A stretch of 16,514 nt of DNA from Ginkgo biloba (taxonomy: Eukaryota; Plantae; Ginkgophyta): contig JANKJI020000004.1 in assembly GCA_024626585.2 (NCBI GenBank), positions 46,249,532 to 46,266,045 of the forward strand, given 5' to 3'. Both the position numbers and the translations under genes were made by a program. The notes beneath the pieces were generated by a model that saw only the letters and a program-made list of their open reading frames with translations, ran no database searches and had not been told where the DNA came from. This document shows, one piece after another, positions 1 to 10,600 of the stretch (position 1 is its first letter; the number at the start of each line of letters is the position of its first letter).

Positions 1-552
1 CTTCCATGTGGATTTAATAGGCTCCTTTCACTGCAAATCCAAACTAGAAATAAGTTTCAAAGTTTACAAACATTTTTTACAACCTAAACCAAATTACTAA
101 TAACTTGTTTAATATAAGGCAAAGAACAAAACATACAAAAATGACCAATGTTTAGTAATTTCCAACCTCACAATAAAGTTCTTATAAGTGAGACTCTCTT
201 TATTACATAGTTTGTATAGGGTCCACATAATTAAAAGTAAAACTCTCTATATGGATCATGATCTATAGTGTAGAAATTTATGAATGAGATAAACATGCAC
301 TATTTAAGTTAAATCTTTTTAATCAAGACCGCTATTATAGCCAAACAAGGGGAAGATAACTGCATAAGTGAAACTCGTCATATAGAATACCTCCCATGCA
401 TTCAATTAATAATCAACAAGAATTGATAAAATGAGACAGCTTGTCATTCGAAAGAAATTATCATCAAGGTTCAAAATCACACACAATCCTGTGAAATTTC
501 AACCTGGCAGTTAAGCAGAGAGGTCAAATGTGGGGTACTTCCAAGTTATGCT

Positions 553-727
553 TTAAAGGTCAATGACTCTGGATAGCTTCTGAATACGGTTCAACAGGAA
601 ATCTCCTTGCTTGATAGTTGCCTGGTAAAGAGCATTCTTGGCATCTGGCCTGTTGGTTTCTAAAACACCAACAACTTTATCGATTTTGCAGTGCAGTCTA
701 CCTGCAGCTATGAAGCGTGAAAGTTCC
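553..727 (-). CDS. RPN7: 26S proteasome non-ATPase regulatory subunit 6 (RPN7/PSMD6), terminal coding exon
   Basis: The reverse complement reads (M)[57 protein letters not shown], the recognisable plant RPN7 C-terminus (PCI domain end). Acceptor CAG is at 730-728 and TAA at 555-553. Length is 175 nt = 1 + 58 codons. Confidence 0.96.
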
Positions 728-927
728 CTGCGTAAATTGAAAGAGCAAACTCAAATTCATTAGTTAGTTACAACTTCCAGGCATCACTTTCAGTATTCTA
801 AATATTTCACAGATGAAGGCATGATTTCTATTTTCATTGAAAGCCCTTGTCATCAATGTTAATCTCTACGGGTGTTTGATGGCAGTTCAAAAAGCATAGA
901 ACTCTCTGGATATTTCAGAATGCTTAC

Positions 928-1104
928 ATGTCAATGAAATCCACACTAACACCAAATGCTCTGGCCATGGCCTCCATAGTTACACTCTTATAGGATTCTA
1001 AAAACTGAGAATACACTACAGTGCGGACTTCTCTCATNNNNNNNNNNNNNNNNGAAAATGTGGATGCAAGTAGCGATCCAATTTAATTTGATCAGTCAAG
1101 CCAG
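928..1104 (-). CDS. RPN7: RPN7 penultimate exon (contains a 16-N gap)
   Basis: Reads [16 protein letters not shown][gap][36 protein letters not shown]. Acceptor is CTACAG (AG at 1106-1105) and donor is AT|GTAAGC (GT at 927-926). AT+G joins to give Met in phase with the last exon across a 200-nt intron. Confidence 0.94.
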
Positions 1105-1399
1105 CTGTAGAAAGTTCAATCATTGTGATGAGAGATTTGAATACAGAATATAACAAAGGATGTTAATTGCAGCAAACTAACAAATTTATAGATTTGTTTG
1201 AAATATGACACCATGTGGGCATTTACTATGTCAAAGGTACCATGTATTTTCTTTTTGCATGAATGCTGAATNNNNNNNNNNNNNNNNNNNNNNNNNNNNN
1301 NNNNNNNNNNNNNNNNNNNNNNNNNNNNNNNNNNNNNNNNNNNNNNNNNNNNNNNNNNNNNNNNNNNNNNNATATCAAATCTTACTTGGATATAATATT

Positions 1400-1720
1400 T
1401 TATGAAATCAATAATTTACCCAATCTTTCTACAATGAAAGATTTGTCGATCCTCACGTTGTTCCAAGTAAACCAACCTTATTTGGGGAGGATTTCTAGCA
1501 AGTTGAATTTTAGTAGCCCTTCTTGAACTATTATTTTGATCCAGCCATTTTTTGGGAAAAACCCTCCCTTCTTTTTAGTTTTATCTAATATTATGTTCAA
1601 GCCTCCTCTCAATATAATGTTAGAATCTTGGAGACCTTTAATCCTAGCCCAAATTCCTTTCCATTCTTTTTCTTTAGTCGATGGGTTGTTGGGGTTGTTG
1701 AAGTTGAAAAAGTGGAGGTG
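1400..1720 (-). mobile_element. LINE (L1-like) ORF2 endonuclease (EEP/APE) domain fragment inside an RPN7 intron
   Basis: Translation is FNFNNPNNPSTKEKEWKGIW...NIILRGGLNIILDKTKKKGG...NLLEILPK*GWFTWNNVRIDKSFIVERLGKLLIS. This matches the plant L1 EN motifs N.Y.P, I(L)GGDFN, EK.GG, G.FTW.N and ERLDR.L.S, with the catalytic Asp residues lost and one internal stop. Confidence 0.85.
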
Positions 1721-1807
1721 TCTGCTCAATTTATTATCTTTCATATGTGAGTTTATCCATTTGGGTTGAATATAAATATCAAGAAGATGTCTAAGCGAAT
1801 TCAATAC

Positions 1808-2027
1808 CTTTTGCTTGAGAGAAACTCTGTCCAATGAGATGATACTAGTGAGCACGGTGTAGAATATGAAAGTATCATAGGGGAAAAGTTCATAGGTTGT
1901 GAATGTTGAAATGGAATCTAAAAATAGCTGTGCTGCTTTCTTGAAATTTCTCGTGGACATACAATAAAGGCCTTCATACACCTTCAGTCGGTTTTTTCTT
2001 TCCCAATCACCTCCCTCCTCAAACAGA
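1808..2027 (-). CDS. RPN7: RPN7 internal exon
   Basis: Reads LFEEGGDWERKNRLKVYEGLYCMSTRNFKKAAQLFLDSISTFTTYELFPYDTFIFYTVLTSIISLDRVSLKQK, carrying the hallmark RPN7 GGDWERKNRLKVY motif. Acceptor is TTGCAG (AG at 2029-2028) and donor is AAG|GTATTG (GT at 1807-1806). Length is 220 nt = 1 + 73 codons. Confidence 0.97.
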
Positions 2028-2110
2028 CTGCAATAAGACTTTTTAAGTGTCAGCAAACCAAAGGCTGCAAGGACTTAGGGAAGAAACATGGCCAAAAAAG
2101 GTTGACTTAC

Positions 2111-2256
2111 TTCTTCGCTTTATCAATTCCTTTAGAAATCAGATCAAAGTCCATGAAAAAAAAGCCTAGCTGAAGGGTGTGAAAAACGAGGTCCATCTTC
2201 TGACCTACTGCAACAGTCTTCCCTTCAGTGATTTTCATTTGTTCAAGAGCCTTCTC
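2111..2256 (-). CDS. RPN7: RPN7 internal exon
   Basis: Reads EKALEQMKITEGKTVAVGQKMDLVFHTLQLGFFFMDFDLISKGIDKAK. Acceptor is CTACAG and donor is AA|GTAAGT. AA+T gives Asn in phase with the next exon across an 83-nt intron. Confidence 0.96.
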
Positions 2257-2388
2257 CTGTAGCACAGATCACATTAGAATTTGATATGCATTAGAAGGGT
2301 AGAAAGCACCAGGAATATCGTAGAAAAAGGACTGTTAAACACGCAACTTCCTGTAAAAGTAAACCGCTTGAAGAAAGCTATTTTATAC

Positions 2389-2479
2389 CTTGTCACCAAT
2401 CCGTATGTAATACAAGGATTTGGCTAAATGTGCCTCCCTTACTTCACTTTCACCGAGATTCTCCTCTGCATCAATAACC
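2389..2479 (-). CDS. RPN7: RPN7 internal exon (most 5' exon visible)
   Basis: Reads VIDAEENLGESEVREAHLAKSLYYIRIGDK. Acceptor is TTGCAG (AG at 2481-2480) and donor is AAG|GTATAA. A 132-nt intron leads to the next exon. The exon starts with 1 leftover nt, so an upstream exon is required. Confidence 0.95.
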
Positions 2480-3069
2480 CTGCAAATGTGTGAACTGTTT
2501 CAAATAGGGAGCGAAGGAAACAAAACCAGTAAAAACTTCACTCGAGGAAACACTGGGTAGAGTACTCTGTTATTGAAAACATAGAAAGCAAGCTTTCAGC
2601 TTCTGATTCATACTGCCTCCCCTAGAAAGTCTAAATTCATTTCTTAGTTTAAAAAGAAATATAATATGATATTAGAGGCACTAGAGAGCAAGGCAGTGTG
2701 TAGCATAGAGATGCACTGATTAGGGTTGATGGCAGATAAATTCAATTGAATAAATCAACGTCTCAGAAATTACTACTCTGCTTTAAATCTTGCTTTTTCA
2801 ACATACCACCTAATTCATCTGGATTGAGCCCCCCTACCCCCACCCAATGACTGCAAATGAGCTCACTATGAACTCTAATTTGCAAGCTGTGCCTGAAACT
2901 GTCTGGTTCAAGAGCTAGGTTGGTAGCTACAAAGGCTTTGTTCAACTCCACCCAAGAGAACTGGGCACTTCATGACCAAGGTGTACTATGAGGTAAGCCA
3001 GAAATTGCCAATGTTGTCATTGATCCAAAGCATTTGAANNNNNNNNNNNNNNNNNNNNNNNNNNNNNTT

Positions 3070-3520
3070 TGATTGAATATTTTCTTGGAAGACCTCCCTC
3101 TGAGACTGCTTAAAGCCTTAGTTATAGAAACATGGGAGATAGAAGGTAGGAATGCTGATTCTGTCCAGTATTTGAGCCAAGGATTCCACTCCTTTCTTTT
3201 GACACAAATGATATATGGAATGAATAATAAGGTGCTTCTCAGAGGCCCTTAGACTTGCAAGTGCAACGTCAGGATACTTTCTCGTTGGGTAGAGAAAGCA
3301 GTCCCTTATGACTGCTTGCTGTGGGTTGACTTTAACAAGCTTGGCATGCCTTAATGGGAATTTTCAACCACAATTAATGTTGTTAGTACATTATATAGCA
3401 TGAACCAACCAGACTGCTTAACCCAAGGCTGAATAGAGGTTATGTGAATTTTTCAAGTGTTATTAGTTCTTCATTACTTCTGCATGGGTGCATAGGCACA
3501 TGAACGAGTAGCCATCACAG
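3070..3520 (+). mobile_element. Degenerate LINE ORF1 remnant (DUF4283/RRM-like region, possible decayed zinc knuckle)
   Basis: The frameshifted translation gives LIEYFLGRPP, W...VQYLSQGFHSF, KVLLRGP*...ILSRW and LWVDFNKLGMP*W. These resemble the plant LINE ORF1 motifs LIG.F.GR.P, L..GFF.F, VL..GPW and VWV....LP...W in the right order. Confidence 0.6.
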
Positions 3521-3776
3521 CTTCAAGCTCTAGCAGATTTTGTATTTCCCACCCTTCAATCCCATTCCTTCAAATCCCCTTCTTATATTTGCAGATATCT
3601 ATTCTTCTTTGGTGTGTTGATTTGCTAATTCAGTGGTGTAGAGAAGGTCCAAACTCAAGAAAACTACAGATGGACAAAAAGAGTCTCAGGATCAACAGTG
3701 TTCAAAAATGGAAGATGATACAGATCCGACTGCCTCCTTTACATTGGATTGTTATTGGCCAGGACCAGGCCATACT

Positions 3777-3842
3777 CATAACAATTCGGCTTGGCAATGA
3801 TGTGAGTATATCTCCAGGGTACATAACAATTCGGCTTGCCAA
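3777..3842 (+). repeat. 21-bp direct repeat pair, period 45
   Basis: cataacaattcggcttggcaa (3777-3797) and cataacaattcggcttgccaa (3822-3842), with one mismatch. Confidence 0.85.
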
Positions 3843-5199
3843 ATTTCATGCAATGCTGCAAATGTCCAATCTATGGGACCCCCAGTGATCGCCTCAGTAA
3901 CAGCCAAGTACTTCAGCAGTAAGGATGGCATATAGCTCTACAGTACCACAGGCACACAAGCAGATGACCGTAACAGATCTGCTGTTGAGCACCAAACCGT
4001 CAGAGCAGAGAGCAAAGTACAGATCCTTGCAGTTGATGGATCTTTGGATGCAAAGATAACAAATATATGCCTGCAATATCTTAAGTTTATTTTATGCCAG
4101 AACTACACAAATGTACTTGAGATCACTTTTGCAACACTTAAGATGACTATGAAGATGTTAAATTGTAAAAGGCAACCACAAGAGGGATAGCCTCCCACAA
4201 TTCTTTCGAAGAGTTCAAGAAGGATGAAAAAATCATTCTGTCATATCAAATGGCAACAAATCAGCCAGAAAGCAGTCCAAATAATCCAAGATTATACATG
4301 AATACTATGAGATTTCCATAGCCAGATGAGGATGCAAAGCTGATATTCAAATTTAGAAAAGGTCGCCTAGCCTACAAAACTATGAATTTAATGTCATTGA
4401 AGCCTACACATAGGAGATAGATCTCCTTTATCCTATAAGAATTGCCTAAATTTAAAGATAAGAGTAGGCATAGGGGTGAATTGGAATACATATCCATTTG
4501 AGGAAGAAAATTCATCCATAAGTTCTTTATGAATGATTCTTCTAAAGCTTTGCATACTTACGTGGTTGACTCTTCAAGGTGAATTTATGCTACTCAAGTG
4601 ACCCTCTAAAAGGGAAAGGAATTAAGGCTCAAACCCCATGGCTCCCAAAGTTATTGCTCTTGAGCTTCCTACCATCATCCATCTTGAATTTATCGACACT
4701 CATTTTGGGAAGGAGCTATTGAATGATAAGAACCTCNNNNNNNNNNNNNNNNNNNNNNNNNNNNNNNNNNNNNNNNNNNNNNNNNNNNNNNNNNNNNNNN
4801 NNNNNNNNNNNNNNNNNNNNNNNNNNNNNNNNNNNNGATTACCTTCAGCCTGAGGTGAAAATTGGAGTTGTTTCAGATCCAGAAGCTATATCATTCAGCT
4901 GCTAAGATAGAAGCCCTTAGGCAATTCCAAATCTCCTCGTCAGCATCCTCCTTCAATGTCCAAAGGGAGGCTTACTTCCAAGCCTCTAGCCGATCTGGAA
5001 AAGAATTCATCTTAAAGGCCACCAACAGCCCAAGTAAGGTGGTAGGGGCTTTGCAAGTTTGGGGAACACAATAAACACATCTGCTTCTTGCTACACCCAA
5101 GAGTTAAAAACTAAAGTTGTTGCATGGTTGGAGGCCAACTGAGGAGGTTGTATTTGAGCAGTTGATAGTTGTGGAGATCTGAGATTGCAAATCCTAATT

Positions 5200-5460
5200 G
5201 ACCTAACATTGCATTTACATACCAAAGCAAGTAACAGAAAATGATCCAAATGTGGATAGGAAGCATCTTTTCTAACCATAATCAAGATCAAAAATCCACT
5301 GACCCATCCCATCTTTAATCCTTCGGGCCAAAGAAATTTCATCCTTAATGCTGACTCTTACTACTTCTATTCCTTCCAGTCCTTGTGATTTGGGATGGAA
5401 GGTGGTACTGAGAAAATCCAAAAGCAATACAAATTCAAATTTGCCATTTCTCCTCTTCAT
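5200..5460 (-). mobile_element. Possible LINE ORF1 C-terminal/zinc-knuckle remnant
   Basis: Reads GQWIFDLDYG*KRCFLSTFGSFSVTC, which resembles W...LDYE...RC..C...GH....C of plant LINE ORF1. It is heavily degenerate. Confidence 0.35.
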
Positions 5461-5479
5461 CAGTATGAATGTGGTGTAG

Positions 5480-6900
5480 TATGAACATATTGCACTGGTG
5501 CTATTTTTTCAAGTCCATTTTAATAAGATGAAGATTCCATATTCCAAAAAACCAAAATCGTGAATGATGGAAAAGCAAATGCTATTCGTGTCGGTTCGTT
5601 GATTGATAACGAATGATCAATCAATTTTACCCAAACCAGGAGGTAGGCAGGCAGTATGCAAAAACACATACCATTGAGTGTGACCACCTGGGTAGGAAAA
5701 TGCATTGCTAATCAGAAACTGCATCCAAAGTAAAGGAAGGAGAAACAGACAAACTTCCTCCACACATTCTGTTTTAATTGCATATCACATACAATCTTGA
5801 GCTCAGGCCATAGGAAAACTGTTAAAGGGGAAAAGCAAAGCAGACCACTAAGGAAGCTATGCTCAGTTTCCTCTATTATAGTAAAATTGTTGCAGGGAGT
5901 GTTGGATGCTCCAGAATTGAGATTAACAATTACAAGCTACAAAAAGGAGTATATGATTTTACTGTCCAATGGAAACATAATCAGAATGACTTATTTCCAT
6001 TGTAGTGAATTTATTTCATTTTCATGTTATTGATCAATCACCTTGTGGATTGTGTTGTACAAGCATCTTCAGACCTAGTTCACAGTAACATTTTGAATAT
6101 TCAAATCCTCAGCCAGTATCAAGTTGTAATCATTTGAATAATAGTCTCTTTTTCGAAAAATGTCAGTGTGACAGACCATATTGTATTCAAAGCAAAGCTT
6201 CATTTTGATATAGTTCCATTCCATTTACTCTTGACTGACATTACCTACCAATAGTTGAGATTTCTCCTTGTTAAGCTTTGCTCCTGATACTACTCAATCA
6301 AATAGATTTATTACAAACTTTCAAATTTGGAGTATTGTTCTTGCAAGTATTCCTCCCAAGATCATATCCTCGGCAAATATTTGAAGTGCCACTCTATCTA
6401 TTGCTGCTGATATTTGGAGTCCTTGTAGTCTGCCCATTTCCTGCATTTTATTTGGCAATCTGAGGAAAGCATCTGATGCAGAAATGTGAAGGCCGAGGAG
6501 AACCTTCATGAATCCCCCTCAAATCAAGAAACAAGTGATTCTTCCATTTACTGGACTGACATCCTTTTTAATTACAACCATGCAGCTATCAATTTTGTGA
6601 GACCTCCAGGTCCACTCTAGCCTATCATAAAATTTCTGCAAATCCACATTGGAGATCAAAGCCAGGATGCTATCCTCGCTTATGCAGTGTGGTATATTAC
6701 CCTGCATATACAAAGCTTCTGCAGAAGTTGCTTGCTCAGGGAATATCAGTTTCTATAATGCAGGTTGTAGCCTTATTGAAATTATTTTAGCCACAAAGGT
6801 CTCCATCCTACTATTGAGTCGGTCTTCTTCCGTCTGGGGACTAGTGTCACAAGACTGAACTTAATGGTTGGATGTACTACACCTGCTATTCATGCCTCAA
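5480..6900 (-). mobile_element. Decayed LINE (L1-like) ORF2 reverse-transcriptase region
   Basis: Ordered RT motifs appear on the minus strand: SLVTLVP (I.LIPK), VAKIISIRLQPAL*KLIFPEQ, VDLQKFYDRLEW (KLD..KAYDRVEW), VNG, GRLQGLQIS...LQIFAEDMIL (FADD motif, ~6363-6380) and SGAKLNKEKS (~6257-6287). There are many stops, frameshifts and deletions. The part below ~6200 is weakly supported. Confidence 0.85.
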
Positions 6901-8253
6901 GAATAACCCCCATTAGCTCAGGCATACTGAACCTTACACATATCTACTGTCTGCCATATTAATCCAACCAATGTCCCTGAGACTTCTTGTGCCACTTTGA
7001 TACTGTTTGCCCAGGTCGAAATTTTTTTATCAAAAATACATGTCTGTCATTTTTAAGTAAAGATTTTCCTATCTGTTTAATTTTGTATGAAACTAAAGTT
7101 ATGTTTTGGGTGTTTTAGAAGCTACTAACTAAACATGGTTCAAAATTGCCCTAAAAATAGACATCTAAGGGCTTCAATTATATTTTTTTGACACATTTTG
7201 GAATGAATCAGTTTTTTAAATCACAATGATACATTGCATGACCAAAGCATAAGCGATTATACCATCCTAAAATCATTTCATGCGGGACTGTGTGTTACCA
7301 AAATGCTCTAGAATGTTAGATTGAGGACCTCAATGATTTATAATCAAAATGGCATCTAAATAATGGTCACAAAGCCCTGCTCGAGGCTCTTGGAATAAAT
7401 TGGTATGACGCAGGAAATTTGCAGGCGTTAGACTACATATATCACTAGTCACTGAGGATACATAAGAGAGTCAAGTTTTTCTGAATTTTCTTCCGTTAAC
7501 AGATAAACCAAAACTATGACCGTAAAATAAGCTCTTAACATTCATAGTGAATCAACCATACATAGCATCAGTTTCAAGTTATTTTCCTATCAAATATCTC
7601 AAATAACACTGAAATATGATGTCCAAATTGTTTTGGTGTTTTCGTTATGCATCCCATAACTTAAACTACTTGAAAACAAACTATGAACAAAAGCCAAATA
7701 AAAGTCCCAACGAGGATGGTGGCTCGACATCTATGGTAGATGTTGACCAAAAAAGGATCCTTGGAATGGGACCCACTTCCATCGACAGAATAACATTCCT
7801 GAAGATGATAATATGCATTAATTTTTAAAAAAAACATCATAAGAACATTGCACGAGTATCAAGACACAAATTGGAATACAAATCACATCTATTATTTCAT
7901 AAATGATGGTACAAGGTACAAAACCCTAGAGAATGTCCTCTCACACCAAACCCTAGGATCCTGTATTTGGCTCTCACACCTAGATTCCACATTCTATCTT
8001 ATTATACCTTTCTCTTTTCACAAATGCAAATGATGACTTTTCAGTGTGAAATATTGTAACCCTAACCCTATGAATCTTCATTTATTACAATTGTCCTTTC
8101 ATTATGACCTCATTAAATGCAGCTAATTTAGGGCTAATACATGTGCCTAGGGTNNNNNNNNNNNNNNNNNNNNNNNNNNNNNNNNNNNNNNNNNNNNNNN
8201 NNNNNNNNNNNNNNNNNNNNNNNNNNNNNNNNNNNNNNNNNNNNNNNNNNNNN

Positions 8254-8451
8254 GTAGTGTAGAAGAACAAATCTTGGGACTTGGTGAAATTTCCTGAAGA
8301 AAAAAAGGCAATTGGTTATCAATGGTTCTACAAGATGAAGTATAGGGCCGATGGCTCTATAGACAAACATAAGATGAGATTTGTTGCTAAAGGATATAAG
8401 CAATAAGAAGGAATTGATTACTAGAAGATGTTTTCTCTAGTGTTGAAGATG
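8254..8451 (+). mobile_element. Ty1/copia reverse transcriptase N-terminal fragment
   Basis: Reads KNKSWDLVKFPEEKKAIGYQWFYKMKYRADGSIDKHKMRFVAKGYKQ*EGIDY*KMFSLVLKM. This matches the copia consensus N.TWDLV..P...K.IG.KWV.K.K...DG.I..YKARLVAKGY.Q.EGIDY.ETFSPV.KM. Confidence 0.93.
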
Positions 8452-8455
8452 TACA

Positions 8456-8491
8456 TATACCCCAAAGATATACTTATATCTTTGGGGTATA
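8456..8491. repeat. Perfect 17-bp inverted repeat with 2-nt spacer
   Basis: Left arm tataccccaaagatata (8456-8472), spacer ct, right arm tatatctttggggtata (8475-8491). The arms are exact reverse complements. Confidence 0.95.
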
Positions 8492-8494
8492 CTC

Positions 8495-10600
8495 GGTGAT
8501 GCAATCATTGACTTCTAACTTCCATCCATCAGTCAAGGAAGCTAGTATTATGGTTGATGTGTCTATAATATTAACCACACATGTAGGTGTCGCCTCCCCA
8601 TCTTCCCTAGATGGTGTTGCAATTGTGGGCTCCTTACACTACTTGCAGATGTAATCCTTTGTTTCCCCTTAATTCCCTTAATTTCTTCCCAAGCTTTTTT
8701 AGCTCCAAGTCTTTCTGCTTCTTTGAGCTTATTTGCATCTTCCCACTTACCCTTGGCTTTGCAGTCTATTGCTTCATGTGCCTCTTTAGCTACAAGGAAA
8801 CAAGCCTTCTCCTTTTGGGGATTGGGGAAGTTTGTTTCTGTTTGTTTTGATTCTTGGCCTTCTTCCTAATCTAGTGCACACAATCACATCGTATGTTTGT
8901 TTTCTTTACGTGTCTTGCTTACTAATTTCACACCTTTACCTTTTTTGGCACAGTTCCCTGATGTGAGATCTCCAAGTCCAAAATTTTTGCACACCAAGCC
9001 ATGATTATTCTATATATAGGGACAATCCCACAACATGTGCCCCCATTCCAGCAATTCATGCAACACAATTCCAAGGTCTGGTTGTTTTAATTGGCCCCTT
9101 GAAAATTTGTGTTGCAATTATTATTATTATTTCCCCAATAACCACCTTTTTGTCATCATCCTCGACATTGCCCATTCTAACAATTCCTCGAGTTCAAGTA
9201 ACAATCTTTCACATCATGCATGTCTTTATCACAAATTGCACATAAGACTTTTCTGGTTGTAGTATTTTGGTCCATCTATGTTGTTTTATTACCATCATTC
9301 TTAGTGTCCTTTGGCTCAGGGTTATGTTCTCAACTTTACTCCTATTTCTCGAGTTTTAACTTCGCAATTTTGACACGAAGCTTCTCAATCTCTACATCGC
9401 TCTCATTGGTTTTGGGGCAGGCCTATTCATATTCCAACAATCATATGGTGCATAATCTTGAGGTAAATCTTCAAGCCGCCAATTTGCCTAATTAGGATTC
9501 AACACATCCATACACCTTTGTTCTTGGAAAGCCATTGCTAAATACCGTACTCATTCATAACTCTCAATCAAATGGTGTAATATTTTCTCCTAGTATAGGA
9601 GTAACAATCCATCCACGAAGTAGTTCATCATAGCAATTGTAAACCATGTTTTGACCATCAAGGATTGAGGCTAGAACTTGTAATCTTCCATCATTATTGT
9701 GAACAATCTCGCCAAATCTTTGTTAATTTCTTTCAGAGCCTTGTACACTGTTGCAAGGTCATGCAAGGTCTAAAATATGTCCAAGAATAGTTCATGGACT
9801 ACTGCCCATGAATGATGTCTTACACATTGAATCCATGATAAGGCTTGGCCTCCGAGGTTGGAGAACAATTACCAATTTCTTCTTCGTTTATAATGTGACA
9901 AAGTGCAGTGTTGTTAAGGAAAAGTGCCAAATGCCCAAATGAGTCATTGTGGCCATCATGTCTTATGTGCGATAATGAATTATCAGCGTGCAATCAAGAA
10001 AGCAATGGACATAGGAGTATTGGTTTCACATAAAATATCTACCTTTTGTACCACATCTTGTAGAGCATTTGGGAAGAATCAACATGCTAAAGGTAGATGG
10101 TCATTAACTCAAAGTGTTTGGACTCGAGGCAATGGTAGAGTTAGAAATATTGTTTCATCCAATAATGGCAATTTTATTTATTTCCCTCTAACCTCCCTTT
10201 GATTCTAATTGTACCCCACCTTGGGCCTCCCCTGCATCTCTCCTAGTGTTTTCTCTTCTAGTGACTAACCATGCTCTATGCCTGTAAGTGTATTTTCCTA
10301 TGTATTAAGCAATGCATCTTCTATAAATCTCTAGTTGCTTCTTTAGACATTTTTGGTAGCTTGGTTAATTTGGATGCCCCCTCCTACATCTAGTGTCAAA
10401 ATCTCCATTGAGTCTCACTCCTTCCCACCATCATTGTCATCCTCGTATCCAAGCAGGACCAATAATTACTAGAAGTTGACTTGCTATGCAAGTCTTCCTC
10501 CTCTTCCTCTAACTCAACAACTATCTTCTTGTTCTTTTTAGTAGTATCTATCTGTTTAGTCTACTCCAACTAATATAGTCTATTTATTTAGGGTGCCCCC
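8495..10600 (-). mobile_element. Decayed Ty3/gypsy gag region (retrotransposon gag core plus CCHC zinc knuckles)
   Basis: The gag core at ~9500-9970 reads HDGHNDSFGHLALF, LGGQALSWIQCVRHHSWAVVHELFLDIF, QRFGEIVH and MNYFVDGLL. An intact CX2CX4HX4C knuckle CAICDKDMHDVKDC lies at 9201-9242. Two degenerate knuckles lie at ~8945-9065 (CMNC/EWGHMLWDC and CKNFGLGDLTSGNC). The outer limits are approximate. Confidence 0.85.

Noticed and set aside
1255-1271. Minus-strand TCA GCA TTC (SAF) next to the gap, resembling the end of the missing exon (FFSAF)
   Set aside because: It is not followed by G|GT, and the preceding codon does not fit Phe. It is probably coincidental.
1478-2056. 192-aa ORF taken as a single-exon gene
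   Set aside because: It is a composite of intron sequence, one RPN7 exon (1808-2027) and read-through into an L1 remnant. Canonical splice sites delimit the real exon.
3777-3842. Repeat-spacer-repeat pattern as a CRISPR-like array
   Set aside because: There are only two units, the context is a eukaryotic intron/TE region, and no cas genes are present.
7921-8070. Telo-box or telomeric-like AAACCCTA motifs as the RPN7 promoter or an interstitial telomere
   Set aside because: The copies are scattered and imperfect, there is no adjacent exon 1, and such motifs are common in LTR-derived plant DNA.
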